Part shown: positions 49,001 to 60,400 of the stretch, piece by piece
How positions within the stretch are numbered: the stretch's first letter is position 1
Layout of the letters: each line of letters starts with the position of its first letter
NCBI RefSeq assembly: GCF_001447785.1
Contig: NW_015169789.1
Location: forward strand, 886,393-950,392
Direction of reading: 5' to 3'
Source: Gekko japonicus
Taxonomy: Eukaryota
DNA: 64,000 bases
The notes under the pieces: generated by a model
The model's database searches: none
Told to the model about the DNA's origin: nothing
What the model saw: only the letters and a program-made list of their open reading frames with translations
Position numbers and translations under genes: made by a program

Positions 49001-50759
49001 GTTTACTAGGGCCCGGGACTCCAGAAGGCATGCTGTAGGCTACAAACCCATATGGTCTATTTGTGACATTTCTGAAATAAGATTCTTCCTTTCATGTTGC
49101 ATTAATATCCATCTGTAAGATGGGACTGGGCACGTTTGTATCAGGTGCAGAGAATTGATGCTTGAACCACAAGTGTGCACAGTCAATTGTATTATTTTGT
49201 GTGGAGCTGACAGTATGTGTTTGGGATGCAGAAGCCAGCTTGTGTGACTTTAAGTGGGGTGTGTACACACACAAATGGTATGACCCTACTTTGAAAATTC
49301 TCACTGGGGGGGGGGGTTGTTGTTGTTGTTGTTGTTTTGGTTCCTAAAAGAAAAAATCTTCTCCTGAATAAGCAACATGGTCTAAATAGCCACTAACTCT
49401 CATCTAGTCTCTCTCTCTGTCTGTTGTATTTTTAGTAATCTTTATTAAGGGAAAACTGGTTTGCCACATTAGCTGAAAACATGGGACAAAAAACAAATTA
49501 GCAGAACGTGTTATATTAGCATTGTTTCAAAAACTATTAAAAAATATGGACTGACAAAACACTTCCTTTGGCCCAGCTGTGCCTGCTACCCAAATGCCAC
49601 TTTGCGGGCAACTGACCTGGGGAGCAGAGAGGATCCTAGCTAGGCTATGATTGTCAAAAGTAAAGAAAACTGAAAAGTGTGAAGAGGCAGCACCAAGGAT
49701 AGAGAAATAAGAATGGATTTCACTGGCAACAATGTGGTTTGTAATGAAGGAACATTTATTCTCCAAAGATGTTTAACCTGATGGCATCACCCCCCACCCC
49801 CCAAGCTCCTTTAAGCTATGGCAATTTTCTGTTCAGGAAGGAGCTGTTAGTTTAGAGATGCACTCTACTTGGGGTGACCCAAAAGCTTTACAGGAGCCCC
49901 AGATGCCTTCTAACTTCAAACAACTTGCAGTGGCCATGCAAGCACAAATTTTACAGTAGCTTTGACCCGCTCTGCAAATTAGCATACATTAATAGAGTCA
50001 CCCATCGGCAACAGAATCTGCCGTACACATTACCAGACACCTAGGGCATTTCATGGCAACACGTGCACCAACTGGGTCAGCAAGATGGCTGCTTGCTGCG
50101 GGAACCATTAAGGATTCTGTCCTAATTATGCCAAAGGCAGGTTTTAAACACCAAGCAACACAGCAGGATGATCGCAATCTCTGCCTATCATACCGTACTA
50201 AGAAAAGAATTCTGCAGTTGTAACAAGCCCTCATACAGATAGAGACACTCTTTTAAATTATTTTCCCCATCCTAAAACTACCTCTGATTTAGCACAGCTT
50301 CAGTCCATAGTCTTGAAGATAACCCCCTTTTTTGCACAATGGGCCACACAAATATACTGGTGTACCCCCTCTTCCTTCTAAGGACCAACCACCTGCAACT
50401 ATGTCCCTCAAAGAACGTTACACTCATCTGAACAACAGCTGCTGCTGGTCCCTGGCCCTAAGGCCTTTCTGGCTCTGGCTCTGGCTCTGGCTTGGTGGAA
50501 CACTCTCCAGAATGAGATCAGGGCCCTGTGGGATCTGCTTCAGTTCTGCAGGGCCTATAAAATGGAGAAGTTTCTCCGGGCCTTTGGTTGAGGTGATGGG
50601 TGTCCCATTATTCTGGCTTCCCCTGCCTCACACCCCCACGATACAGCCTATTTAATCATTAGGAGGGGTGTTCGCCCACTGTCCTTTTAAAAATCTTGGG
50701 CATTTTATAGACCCTCAAACCATCTTGGTATTTTTTTAAAAAATTTATTGTGCTGTAGA

Positions 50760-51008
50760 ATGTTTTACTTTTTTATTCTATTTATTGTGTTTAAAAAATG
50801 TTGTGAGCCGCCCTGAGCCCTGCATGCAGGAAAGTTTTCAAGCGAAGGCTGGACGACCATCTTTCGGGTATGTCGTAGGTATGTAGGGCTATCTTTCAGC
50901 TATGCTCCTGCAGAGTTGGACTAGATGATCTGCAAGGTCCCTTCCAACTCTAACATTCTATGATTCTATGAAAGGGCGGGATAAAAATCTAAACAGTAAA
51001 CAAATAAA
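50760..51008 (+). mobile_element. L2-type 3' tail with a nested CR1 3' end (~50831-50970)
   Basis: The tail gtgagccgccctgagc...gggcggga is split by a CR1 end ttggactagatgatc...ccttccaactctaacattctatgattctatg. Confidence 0.75.
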
Positions 51009-52731
51009 CGAGTATGAGAAAACAGCTAGCTTTAAGGCCACAAAGGAAACTAAGCCTTCCCAGGCCTCTGGCTGATCATGGGTTCCCAAACAAACTGGTT
51101 TTGAAGACCCCCTACGAAATAAGTACTGTTAATAGGATCAGAGGCATTCTTGCTAATGACTAAAAGAGAAACAGTTACTGGATTCTGTCAGGGTTGTTTT
51201 GCAACATATTCCCCCCCCCCCCCCGAACTGGTAGTTCAGGCAGAAACTGGGGTGCATATTGGGAATGAAGGGTACTATGGCTATATTTCTGTGCCACTTT
51301 CCATGGCCAGAAGCCTTCTCTCACATGCCCTTTGATATAACAGAACAAACATGCAAAGTGCTGGGAGTACCACCTGAATTTTTCCAACATACTTGTAAAC
51401 AAAATTTACTTTACACTTGCAGCCAGCTAATTGCAAAATAACTGTGCAAAGAATTAATCTGTAACATGACTCGTTGTGTGGGTCACCTTGTTGTTGGATG
51501 AACAATTTTTAAACAATTTAAAATATAAAGCATTAATCAATATTAAAGCGATTCAGCTAAAATTTTGGCTTTACTAGGGGCTGAATAAATCAAACTTAAT
51601 GAACCAAATGTTTAAATTTTATTTGAGCAGTGGTAACACCCAATTTCTTTCAGCCCTGCCATCTACTAGTGGCTCTCACTGCCAACAGAGTCTGGGAACA
51701 TTCATATCAGCACTCAGCCTGGTTGTTAGAAACACAACAACAATATTCTGCTTCAGCTCTGTGTTTACTCTCTGGTTCTACAAATACATGTACACACCAG
51801 AAACACAGAGACAACATTATTAATCTTTTTAAAACAGGTATCATTACACTTATGCCATAAATACACAAGAACACACTGGAAAGGCACCTTGATTTATGAA
51901 CACATGTTCAATTTACCTACTCACTGAAGAATCCCCACTATCTGCACCCCAATTTTCCAGCTCCCAGTTCCTTGGCTCTATTCTTTCAAAGAAACATCAC
52001 AAATGTGTTTTGGAGGGTCTCCCCCTCCAAGCGGGTCAGATAAAGTTGCATACAATACATAAATGTATACACACATCCTCGTGGCTGGCCACACCAAGGG
52101 TATTAAGCAATTAACAACTGAAAGAGCTAGTGAAGGAGAAGCTGAACTGGTTTGTTCCTGTGGCTGATTTTATTGTTTGCAACCTCAAAGTTCAAAAAGA
52201 GAGGCCACAGTCTGAACACTTAATGGGCCTGTGGGAAATAAAGAGTCACTAGAGACTGTATCAGCAGTTCCTTCTGCACTTGGCATCCAAAAATGTATAC
52301 ACATGTTAAAAATGCATGAATACAACCCTTTTATGACAGGGCATTTTAGCAACATTACTGTTAGACTGAGTGAGGTTCAATACTCAGTTTTTGCTTCTCA
52401 GGGACACACATAATTTTTAAACAGGTTGTAAAATTAAGGGCAAAGTTTGCTGCTACGCTTTGTTAGACCAATGGCCCATATCTAACACTACCCACAAAAG
52501 CACTGTTGACTTTGATGGAGCCCACAGAAAAGTTATGGAATGATCCCCATGAGGCAGCCCAGCCCTACTGTTAGGCCATCAGGTCCCTCCTCAGGTCACA
52601 GATCTGAAGCTCCACTAGAGGGGCAGCAAGCTGTACTGTGTAATGTGAAGGAACACGTTCACATTTGCGGCCTTAAAAGCCAAAATGTCTTAGGCCAAGC
52701 CTGATGTACAGTGTGCTTGTCCACAACCAGC

Positions 52732-52959
52732 TGGCTCAGTGGCACAGCACAAGCATTGCATGGAGAGTTACGCAGGGTTAGCATGAGAATGTCCCAGACT
52801 CAGCCAGTGGCATCGCCAGTTAAAGAATCCCAAGCAGCAGGTTTCAGAAAGCGTTTTCTCTGCACAGGACACTGGGAAGCTGCTGCCAGTTAGAGCAGAC
52901 ATTACTGAGCCTAGATGGACACAAATGGCTTGACTCAATATAGCGTCACTTCATATGTT
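52732..52959 (+). mobile_element. Degenerate Squam3-like SINE
   Basis: tggctcagtgg head; gctgctgccagt...actgagcctagatggac body. Confidence 0.6.
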
Positions 52960-53162
52960 AGGATAATCTGACTGAGATTATCAGTAGACCACCAACGGCA
53001 TATAAATGTTTGCTCATGAATCTATGTATGGCAGATTAGTTTTTGAACTGTGAATACACAAGTTTTCTTTTGAGGTTGAGGAAATTTGTTTATAGGCCCC
53101 AAGGAAGCTCCACAGCCTGCTCTCTGGATGCTCTGCCTACTCACCGCAAAGCACTAGGCTTA

Positions 53163-53194
53163 AACATTAGACAACATTAGACAACATTAGACAA
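53163..53194. repeat. 10-bp tandem repeat (AACATTAGAC)x3
   Basis: Directly visible. Confidence 0.85.
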
Positions 53195-53379
53195 CGGCAT
53201 TCAGAACAGGCTGCATTCAGAACAGGATGCTAGGCCAAAGTAGAAGATAACATTAATGCCTCCATCTATTGAGAAATATAGAAAGTGACCTGAAAAGATA
53301 CAGAAAAGGTGTTGAGGGCTTACACTGTGCCACCATGGAGTATGCCACAAGACTTCACAAGAGGCAGACATGGAATAAT

Positions 53380-53595
53380 AACATTTATTTATCTCGCACA
53401 TATTTATCCTGCTTTCTTCCAAGGAGCTTGGGGCAGTATGTGCTGTTCTGTGTGCCTCCATTTATCTTCACAACAACCCTGTGAGATAAATTAGGCTGAG
53501 AGAAACTGACTGGCCCAAGGCCACCAAACTGGCTTCCAGGCAGAGTCGGGATTTGCACCTGGGCCTTCCAAATTCTAGACCACTACACCACACTG
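53380..53595 (-). mobile_element. Old tRNA/L2-tail SINE
   Basis: cacaacaaccctgtgag...ggctgagag...tggcccaagg...ccactacacca pattern. Confidence 0.7.
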
Positions 53596-55602
53596 CGGCA
53601 GAATGAGAACAATTATGTCAGGGGAGCTCCAGATTTTGAATGCATCTAACATTTTGCGCCTTTGCATGCGCTTCTTTTACTTTTCCATCTTGCAATTTTT
53701 TTAAAAAAATGCTATTGTAAATTCACAGGGGTTCTGGATGCAGAATACTGAGTTCTGTCAAATACAAGAGGAGAGAAATTTCATCCCAAACTCAAGATAA
53801 AACCCTAACTCATTCCCCACCCACTCATCAGCATACATGTACAGTTTTCTTCTTATCCAGGATCTGAAATTCTGCAACCCAAGTGAAGGAGGCCAAATAA
53901 AAAGCCAATAGGACAGAAAAAGTGGATGAAGCTATCAAGTGAAGCTCCTCCTAAATTCTTCTGTGCTGGTGTTGTGGGCTCTAGCCACTCGTTTAATGAA
54001 CTTGCTTGCAATATTTTCCTGCACAGTCTCATGGAAATGCAATAACCACCAAGCTAAACGTGTCCATGCAGCTTTCCTGAAGAGTTAGCAAACTGAAGTG
54101 CTACGCAGTGCGACCAAAAAGCAGAAACCCAAAGGGATTCCACTAAGAGAATACACTCCCTGCTTTAATCATCTCAGCCTAGACTGTCGTCTAGTTCAAA
54201 ACAAGACAGATTCCCCCACTGTTCCTCCCCCACCAGACATCCATAAATTCCACCAGCAACCGTTTAGAACATATGGATTTTATGAATGAGCTTTTCCTTT
54301 CATAGGAAGCCCCACTGAGTCCCAAGTACAAGGTGCAATATGTGGGAATCTATTCGAAGACCTCCACCCAGCCAATTCCTTCTTCCTCTAGGACTGTAAA
54401 GTATACTATTTGGGCGCGCTCTCTCTCCATGCCTGGCACATTCTATGCTCAGAGAACATTTCAGAGAATTCCCATTTTTCATACAGCGCTGAAACGAAGA
54501 AAAAGCCACCTCACTCCACAAAACTTGAGGAAGTCCTGGGTCTGAGCTACCTCGTTCCTGCAGCTTCAAAGCCTTTCATTTCAAAAGGTTAAAGAATTAA
54601 GCCAAAGAAGCAGTTGCCTTTCTTCCCTCAACTAAGTGCTTAGAACAAAGCAGCAGAGCCCCCACCTCCCCAAAGCTGGTTGGCCACGTCGACAGATCAC
54701 TTAGTGCCAGCGGTTAGGATGCCATGAATTTTTTAAACTCCTTCAAGCGCAAATGGAAGGGTTAGCCCAGCTGGGAAATGGGGATTTCCGATGCTGCAAA
54801 GAGGTTTTTAAAGCAACGGCTCCCCCCCCCCCCCCCCCCCCCCAAAAAACTGGAGATTCCAGGCAAGGAAACATGTGCGGTTCTAAAGACCACAGTGATG
54901 AGGTGAAAGGAAGTGCAGTGCTGGTGGAGGGTGGGGTAGGCACAAGAAGCGCCCCCCCCCCTCGGGAGAACTTAAGGAACTAGACTCACATCACAGTGAG
55001 ATTCTTCAGCTAAGGGAGACACGCCTGGGATTCAGCTGGCAATACCAAACCTGGCTGGAAATTGGGTTGCAGCAATTTAGAGGGCCAAGTTGAGACAGAC
55101 AGGTTTATATATTACATTACTTCACATATATACATACAGAACAGCCACATCCAACCACCCCAGGGGCCACAGAATTTGACTGCAATGGGGGAGGGGGGGG
55201 AGGACAGCGCACACATGCCACTGGGTGACATCTATGATAAAGGTCTACAATAAAGAGATTTTCATGGCACTGTACTGACACATGCCGTACATATGCAACA
55301 TCTATTTTTCTAAGCATGCATTTACCAAAAGTTGAGCATGGATGCGCCCACACTTAACAATATCAAAATGCAGGGAAAGTGTCATCTCCTTGATCTCAAG
55401 CCCACGGCTGATGCCATAGTGCCTCTGCAGCCAGACAGCACACAGGTGCTGCTGCCCCAGAACCCTTGACAACTCGTGTGACAACTGTCTGGGACACCCA
55501 AATGGACATGCCGTTTAAGGAAAGGGGGTAATCCCAGCCTTGACCTTTGGCTCCGGGGATTCCGCCACGTGGAAAGTAAGAGGCACCAGACGGCAGACTT
55601 AC

Positions 55603-55704
55603 CTGCTGGAGGTAGAGGAAGGCCGGGGGACACGGTAGAGAGTGGGGGAGCAAGGCTGAGTTGGAGACCAGGAGGCAGCCCGAGTTAGCCATCGAGCAGA
55701 GCAT
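55603..55704 (-). CDS. RBFOX3: RBFOX3 alternative first coding exon, 34 aa (MLCSMANSGCLLVSNSALLPHSLPCPPAFLYLQQ)
   Basis: ATG at 55704 is followed by exactly 34 codons ending at a consensus donor CAG|GTAAGT (GT at 55602-55601). Phase 0 joins it in frame to GNQ at 1097. The layout parallels the RBFOX1 alternative N-terminus ending ...LIQ|GNQ. The surrounding DNA retains CpGs and lacks TEs. Confidence 0.85.
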
Positions 55705-55799
55705 GTGTTGCCGGCAAGCCCAGGAGCGGCTATGCTGGCAGCTCTGCTCCCAGACCCTCTGCTTCTTCCCTTCACGGCACTTGCGTTTTCTCCGTGGTT

Positions 55800-55958
55800 T
55801 TTCCTTTTGGCAGGCTCCCCCGTGTGGAGCTATTTAAGAGGGCTCCATTGGAGGAGCCGCATGCTGTGCCCTCGGCTTAAACAGAGAAGGAGCAGCACGG
55901 AAAGCTGCGAGTCACTTGGTGCCATTAGACGAAGGCGCTGAATGAATGCCTGGTCCGC

Positions 55959-55996
<38 letters not shown>

Positions 55997-56190
55997 CGTG
56001 CGCGTGTGGGGAGGGGAGGGAGAGAGAGCAAAGGAGGGAGGGAGCGAGGGTTGAGAGGCGGGGGAGTCCCCTGTGCATCCAGACATCAAACAGCTCACTG
56101 CAAAACCAAGAAAATCCGGAACAGCTGAGCCTGCACTTAACCCCTCACCTGCTGCAGGTCTGCCTCCTATCCTGGGATAAATAGGCCACT
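55800..56190 (-). promoter_or_regulatory. Putative internal promoter of the alternative first exon
   Basis: TATA-like TTAAATAG on the minus strand at 55837-55830, ~126 nt upstream of the ATG. CpG-enriched flank, (GT)n tract, and E-boxes CAGCTG (56122-56127) and CACCTG (56146-56151). Confidence 0.5.
55963..55993. repeat. (GT)n microsatellite upstream of the alternative first exon
   Basis: Directly visible. Confidence 0.95.
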
Positions 56191-57230
56191 AAGCCAGCCT
56201 TGACACACAGGAAAGGTACCTTGTTTAGGCCTGCCACCTGTCTTGCATCAGTTCAGAGAAACAGTGTAAGCTCTTGTCAGTAGCTCCAGCGACATAGTCT
56301 AGGGAATTCTGGTGCTGTGGCTTCTACGCTTCTAGAAGTCTGTCCTCAGGGACTGAAAGATTCTCTATGATACAGTCACAAGGACAGGAGACATCTAGCA
56401 CAAAAAAACTGTGGGTTGAACACACACACCCAAATGTCATGAACACATTGCTTCAGTGGATAAGCTAATTCATGGACTTGAACAGCCCCCAAGAACTCCA
56501 TTTGGAAACAACTGCATTTATCCAGAAAGAAATGCAGAGAGACCTTGATTCTCAGCCACAGATGCCTGCACACGGACGACTGATGGACTTGCACACCTAA
56601 AGGCACACTGACATTGTTGCACGCCAGGCCTACACAGATAGAAGCCAACTCACCTCTCTTGAATATAAGCTGAATTTGGTGGGAAACACATTTGCTGGAT
56701 CATTCCTGTGCTGGGTTGTCCCTCAAGAGTTCCAGCAGATTCCAACTCACTGCAGAGAGCTAATTCTCAGCCCTACTTGCAGGAACAAAAAGACATCTTC
56801 TGCCTTCCCAGTACTCGGCCAGCATTGTCTGAGGACATTCCTTTTCAAGGTATGGTTTCCCTGGGGCTGCAGGAAGGCAGGAATGGGTGTCTCTCCATTT
56901 TGGGGGGGCTAAGAGCTGCCATTTGGATAGCACATAGCAGGGCAGTCACATCTCACAGCCTGTTGTGATTTGAATACACATGACCAGTCTCTATGGCCTG
57001 CACTCTAGTTCTATAAACTATTAGAATGAAATCTATCTCACTGAATGAATGAGTGAGTGAATGAATGAATGAAATCTAACTCGCTGAAATCCAAAGGGTT
57101 TTTCATACACTATGCATTTGCTAGCTCAGTAACATGGCACTGCGGTTGTGACTATAGATGGCACTAGCCAAATTTCTTCACAAGCTCCTCTCTCAACTGT
57201 CCTTGAATAGGCTCCCCTTTCTCTTGCTTT

Positions 57231-57437
57231 GAATACATAAAGCTGCCTTATACAGTGTAAGACCACTGGTCTATCATGGTCAGTATTGTCTACTCTGGTT
57301 GGCAGTGGCTCTTCAGGGTCTTGGGTAGAAGTCTCTCACATCACCTAAGGCTTGGTCCCATTAACTGGAGATGCCAGGGATTGAATCTAGGACCTTCTGC
57401 ATGCCAAGCAGAGTCCTTACCACTGAGCCACATCCCT
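57231..57437 (-). mobile_element. tRNA-derived SINE (Squam3-like)
   Basis: Reverse complement of the family at 21165, with box A, box B and a 3' end taaggcagcttt. Confidence 0.8.
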
Positions 57438-60400
57438 ACTCCAGCTTTGAGACAGGGTGATTAATAGAAACTACTAGAAATGGAGTGAGAAGTGGTGGTT
57501 ATTCTCAAGTAACATCCTCTTCCTTGCTCCTTTGAAGTTTGTGGGAAGGACGGGGTAGATGTAGGTATATATTCTACAGCTGCCACCTTTTAATTTAAAA
57601 ATTTCTAGGGCTACAAGCAGAGTGTCTCTGAGCATGCACAGAGTTCCTTTCAATTGGATTAATCCCCTTCTCAAAAACTGTCTTAAAGATACAGGTCTTC
57701 AGGCTCATCTACTTGAGAGACGATCAAGTTGGGTCAGGGACTCCCAGCCCAGCTCAGTCATACGTACCATCGGGGGACTCACCTTAGAAAGCACTCTGTC
57801 ACTCGATGCAGCTCAGGAGCACTGCATGGGGAGGGGAGCTTTGGCCTTCTCTCCTGCACCATTTTCCAGAGTGGAAAAAGTTGCAGGGGGACCCTGCATG
57901 GCCCTGTCTTAGGCTCCACATGTCCTCAATCACATGATCAAAGGACACATAGCCCAAGAAAGATGCACACAGCTGCCCTGCCACTACGGCCCCTGCTGCT
58001 CTGGAAAACAGTGTGAGCGGGAATGCAGAAGCCCCTCTTCCTTCACACAGCGCCACCAAGTCACACTGAGTAATACAGCGCTTTCTAAGATGAGTCCCTG
58101 ATGGTAAGTGTGACTGTGGGTCAGGCTGAGGAAACCCTGACCTTGTGTCACTTATTTACGAGCCCTTCTATGTGCAAGCATGTCTTTCCTTTGTAAAGGG
58201 AACTAGTGTCTCGTTCAAAACACTGCCTTATAGAAGAGGATATAAGAAACAAGGATGCTTACATGTATGTTTACATGTTCAATGCTTCCTGTTGTGATAC
58301 TCAAAGGTGCACAGGATGCCCGTCTCACAGAAGATGCATGAGAGACAGAAATTGTGTTACATATAGTATCTCCCAGTATTCACAGTACCAATGATATTGT
58401 ACAAGTTATGTCTGGAAGAAATGTCCCTTTGATGCAATGTCCACTGGACAACAATCCTCCACCTTGAAGATATGTATTAAAAGAAGCCTTCCTCCAGGTG
58501 CAGCATTCAGAGGTGATGAAAGAACCATAACAAGTGAAAATCCTCCCTTCAACATAACTTGTACACATTTCCCCCTCCCCTGACTTTACATTCTTCCTGG
58601 ACTGGCACTTGGGTGGAAGACAAAATTCTGGACAGGCAAGTAAGAGCCTATAGCCCATGCAACTGTCTTCATTCCTCTCCTGCTTATTAACCTTGAATTA
58701 CATACTGTTCTGTTATATATAAACATTGAAATAAAAGGCAATTCTCTTCATCACTTCATAGCACATTACAGAGACAAGAAGCTTATCAAATGGTTACACA
58801 CACATTGTGTCAACTAAATCATTATCTGCACTCACCCCTCTCCCCCTTATCAATTTCATAGCATGCCACTACAGTTACACATGCTGACAAGAGTCCATTT
58901 GCAGAGTCCCGTTATGGAGAAAGCCTAACGTGATGCCTTTGCTTCCGCCTTTTCTGATGTTTAAGATGTTTGGACCAATAGGGATAGGCTGATAAATCAT
59001 ACAGAGGCCTCCATAACCCAAAGCCCTTTCTGAGGGCTGACTGAAGTCACAGCTAGGTGAGATTCTGGAGATCCATGGTGAAATTTCCAGACTTCCTTAA
59101 TTTTCTTTAAAAGCAGCTGAACATCAGCTGTATGTCACAAATTAAGATTAACCCAGGACTAGTTAAACAAGAATGTCTCACAGCACTTCTAATAAGTGCT
59201 CAGGTCCAGACTCTACTGCTTTGGGGAAAGGGAAGTCCACTGTTGGGGGCTACCCCCTAAAAGAGTCAATGACTCATCTGAACATGTTGCATGGATGGCG
59301 CTCGATAGCTTAGAGAGTGAGACAGCTGTCTGTTTCTCAACTGACTTCAGAGCTCCTAGCTCCAAGTGCTGCTTGCAAATGTTGGGGACAGTCAGGGCTG
59401 GTCTGCCTATCATAACAAAAGGGTTTACATTATCCCGAGGCCAGCCCTCCAAGACCCTGGTCCATCTTTTCCGAATGTTCAAAGCTGATGTACTGCAGGG
59501 CCCTGTTTAAATGTTCTGCCCAGCTGCAGAGCCACCTGTGCTAGGCTTCACTGCGCAGTGTAGAAGAGCAGCATAAACGTGAATCCTGCATTCAGTACAG
59601 CCACAATGTGGGGTTCACTGCAATTGGGCTGCCTTCCAAGGCTCAGAATATTCCCCGCCAGGCAGAGATGCTTCTAAGTGAGTTTTATTGGGTGATTCTT
59701 CCTGGTGCAGCAACCATTTGAAAAATGCAGAGTGCAGGATCAGGGGCTTGAATTGTTTTCAGATCTGACACAACACACACAGACACTCTGTCAGGGCAAT
59801 GATAGTTTGGTGTGTCCCTGCTCCTCTTTGCTATACTGTGGGTTCCTGAGGGAATATCATCTCCTCCCATGAGGGCTCTATGTAAGCTCCATATGGCATG
59901 GATATTTGGTGAAAATGTGTTGAGTGCAGCTGCATTTGATAGCTTTGGGATAAATGGGGTGTAGGCAGTTGCAGATTTACAGCATGAACAGAAGCTGCCA
60001 TAAGCCACAACATCTTGGCCCATCTGAAGAAATGGTGCATAACAGCAGCCTTAGCAAAGAGCCGCCTGAGTACTCAGGACTCGTAAGTAGCTTCCACAGT
60101 CAGGCAAATTATGGATTTGTGAGTGTTGTCACAGTTCTCTTAGTAGAAAGGGATATATGGCAAGAGCCACAGAGTTGAAGGTGTGTCGGGGGTTGCCCAT
60201 TCTGAGAACAGATGAAGATGGGACAGATGGCGCTTCAGCAGAGTTGGCTGGTTAGGTCGCCGATCGGCAGTCACCTCTATGTGCTAAGTCCTGACAGCAA
60301 AAGGGAGACTCACAACCATCCAGAGGATTCTGCCAGGTCCTCCAGTGTAGCCTGGCATTGTTTTTGCTCCCTATCCTATACTAACTACGGAGCTACCTTC

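Larger units (their letters stand above)
1098..55602 (-). other. RBFOX3: RBFOX3 intron (~54.5 kb) between the alternative first exon and the MAQPY exon
   Basis: GT at 55602-55601 and AG at 1099-1098; phases are compatible. Confidence 0.8.
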
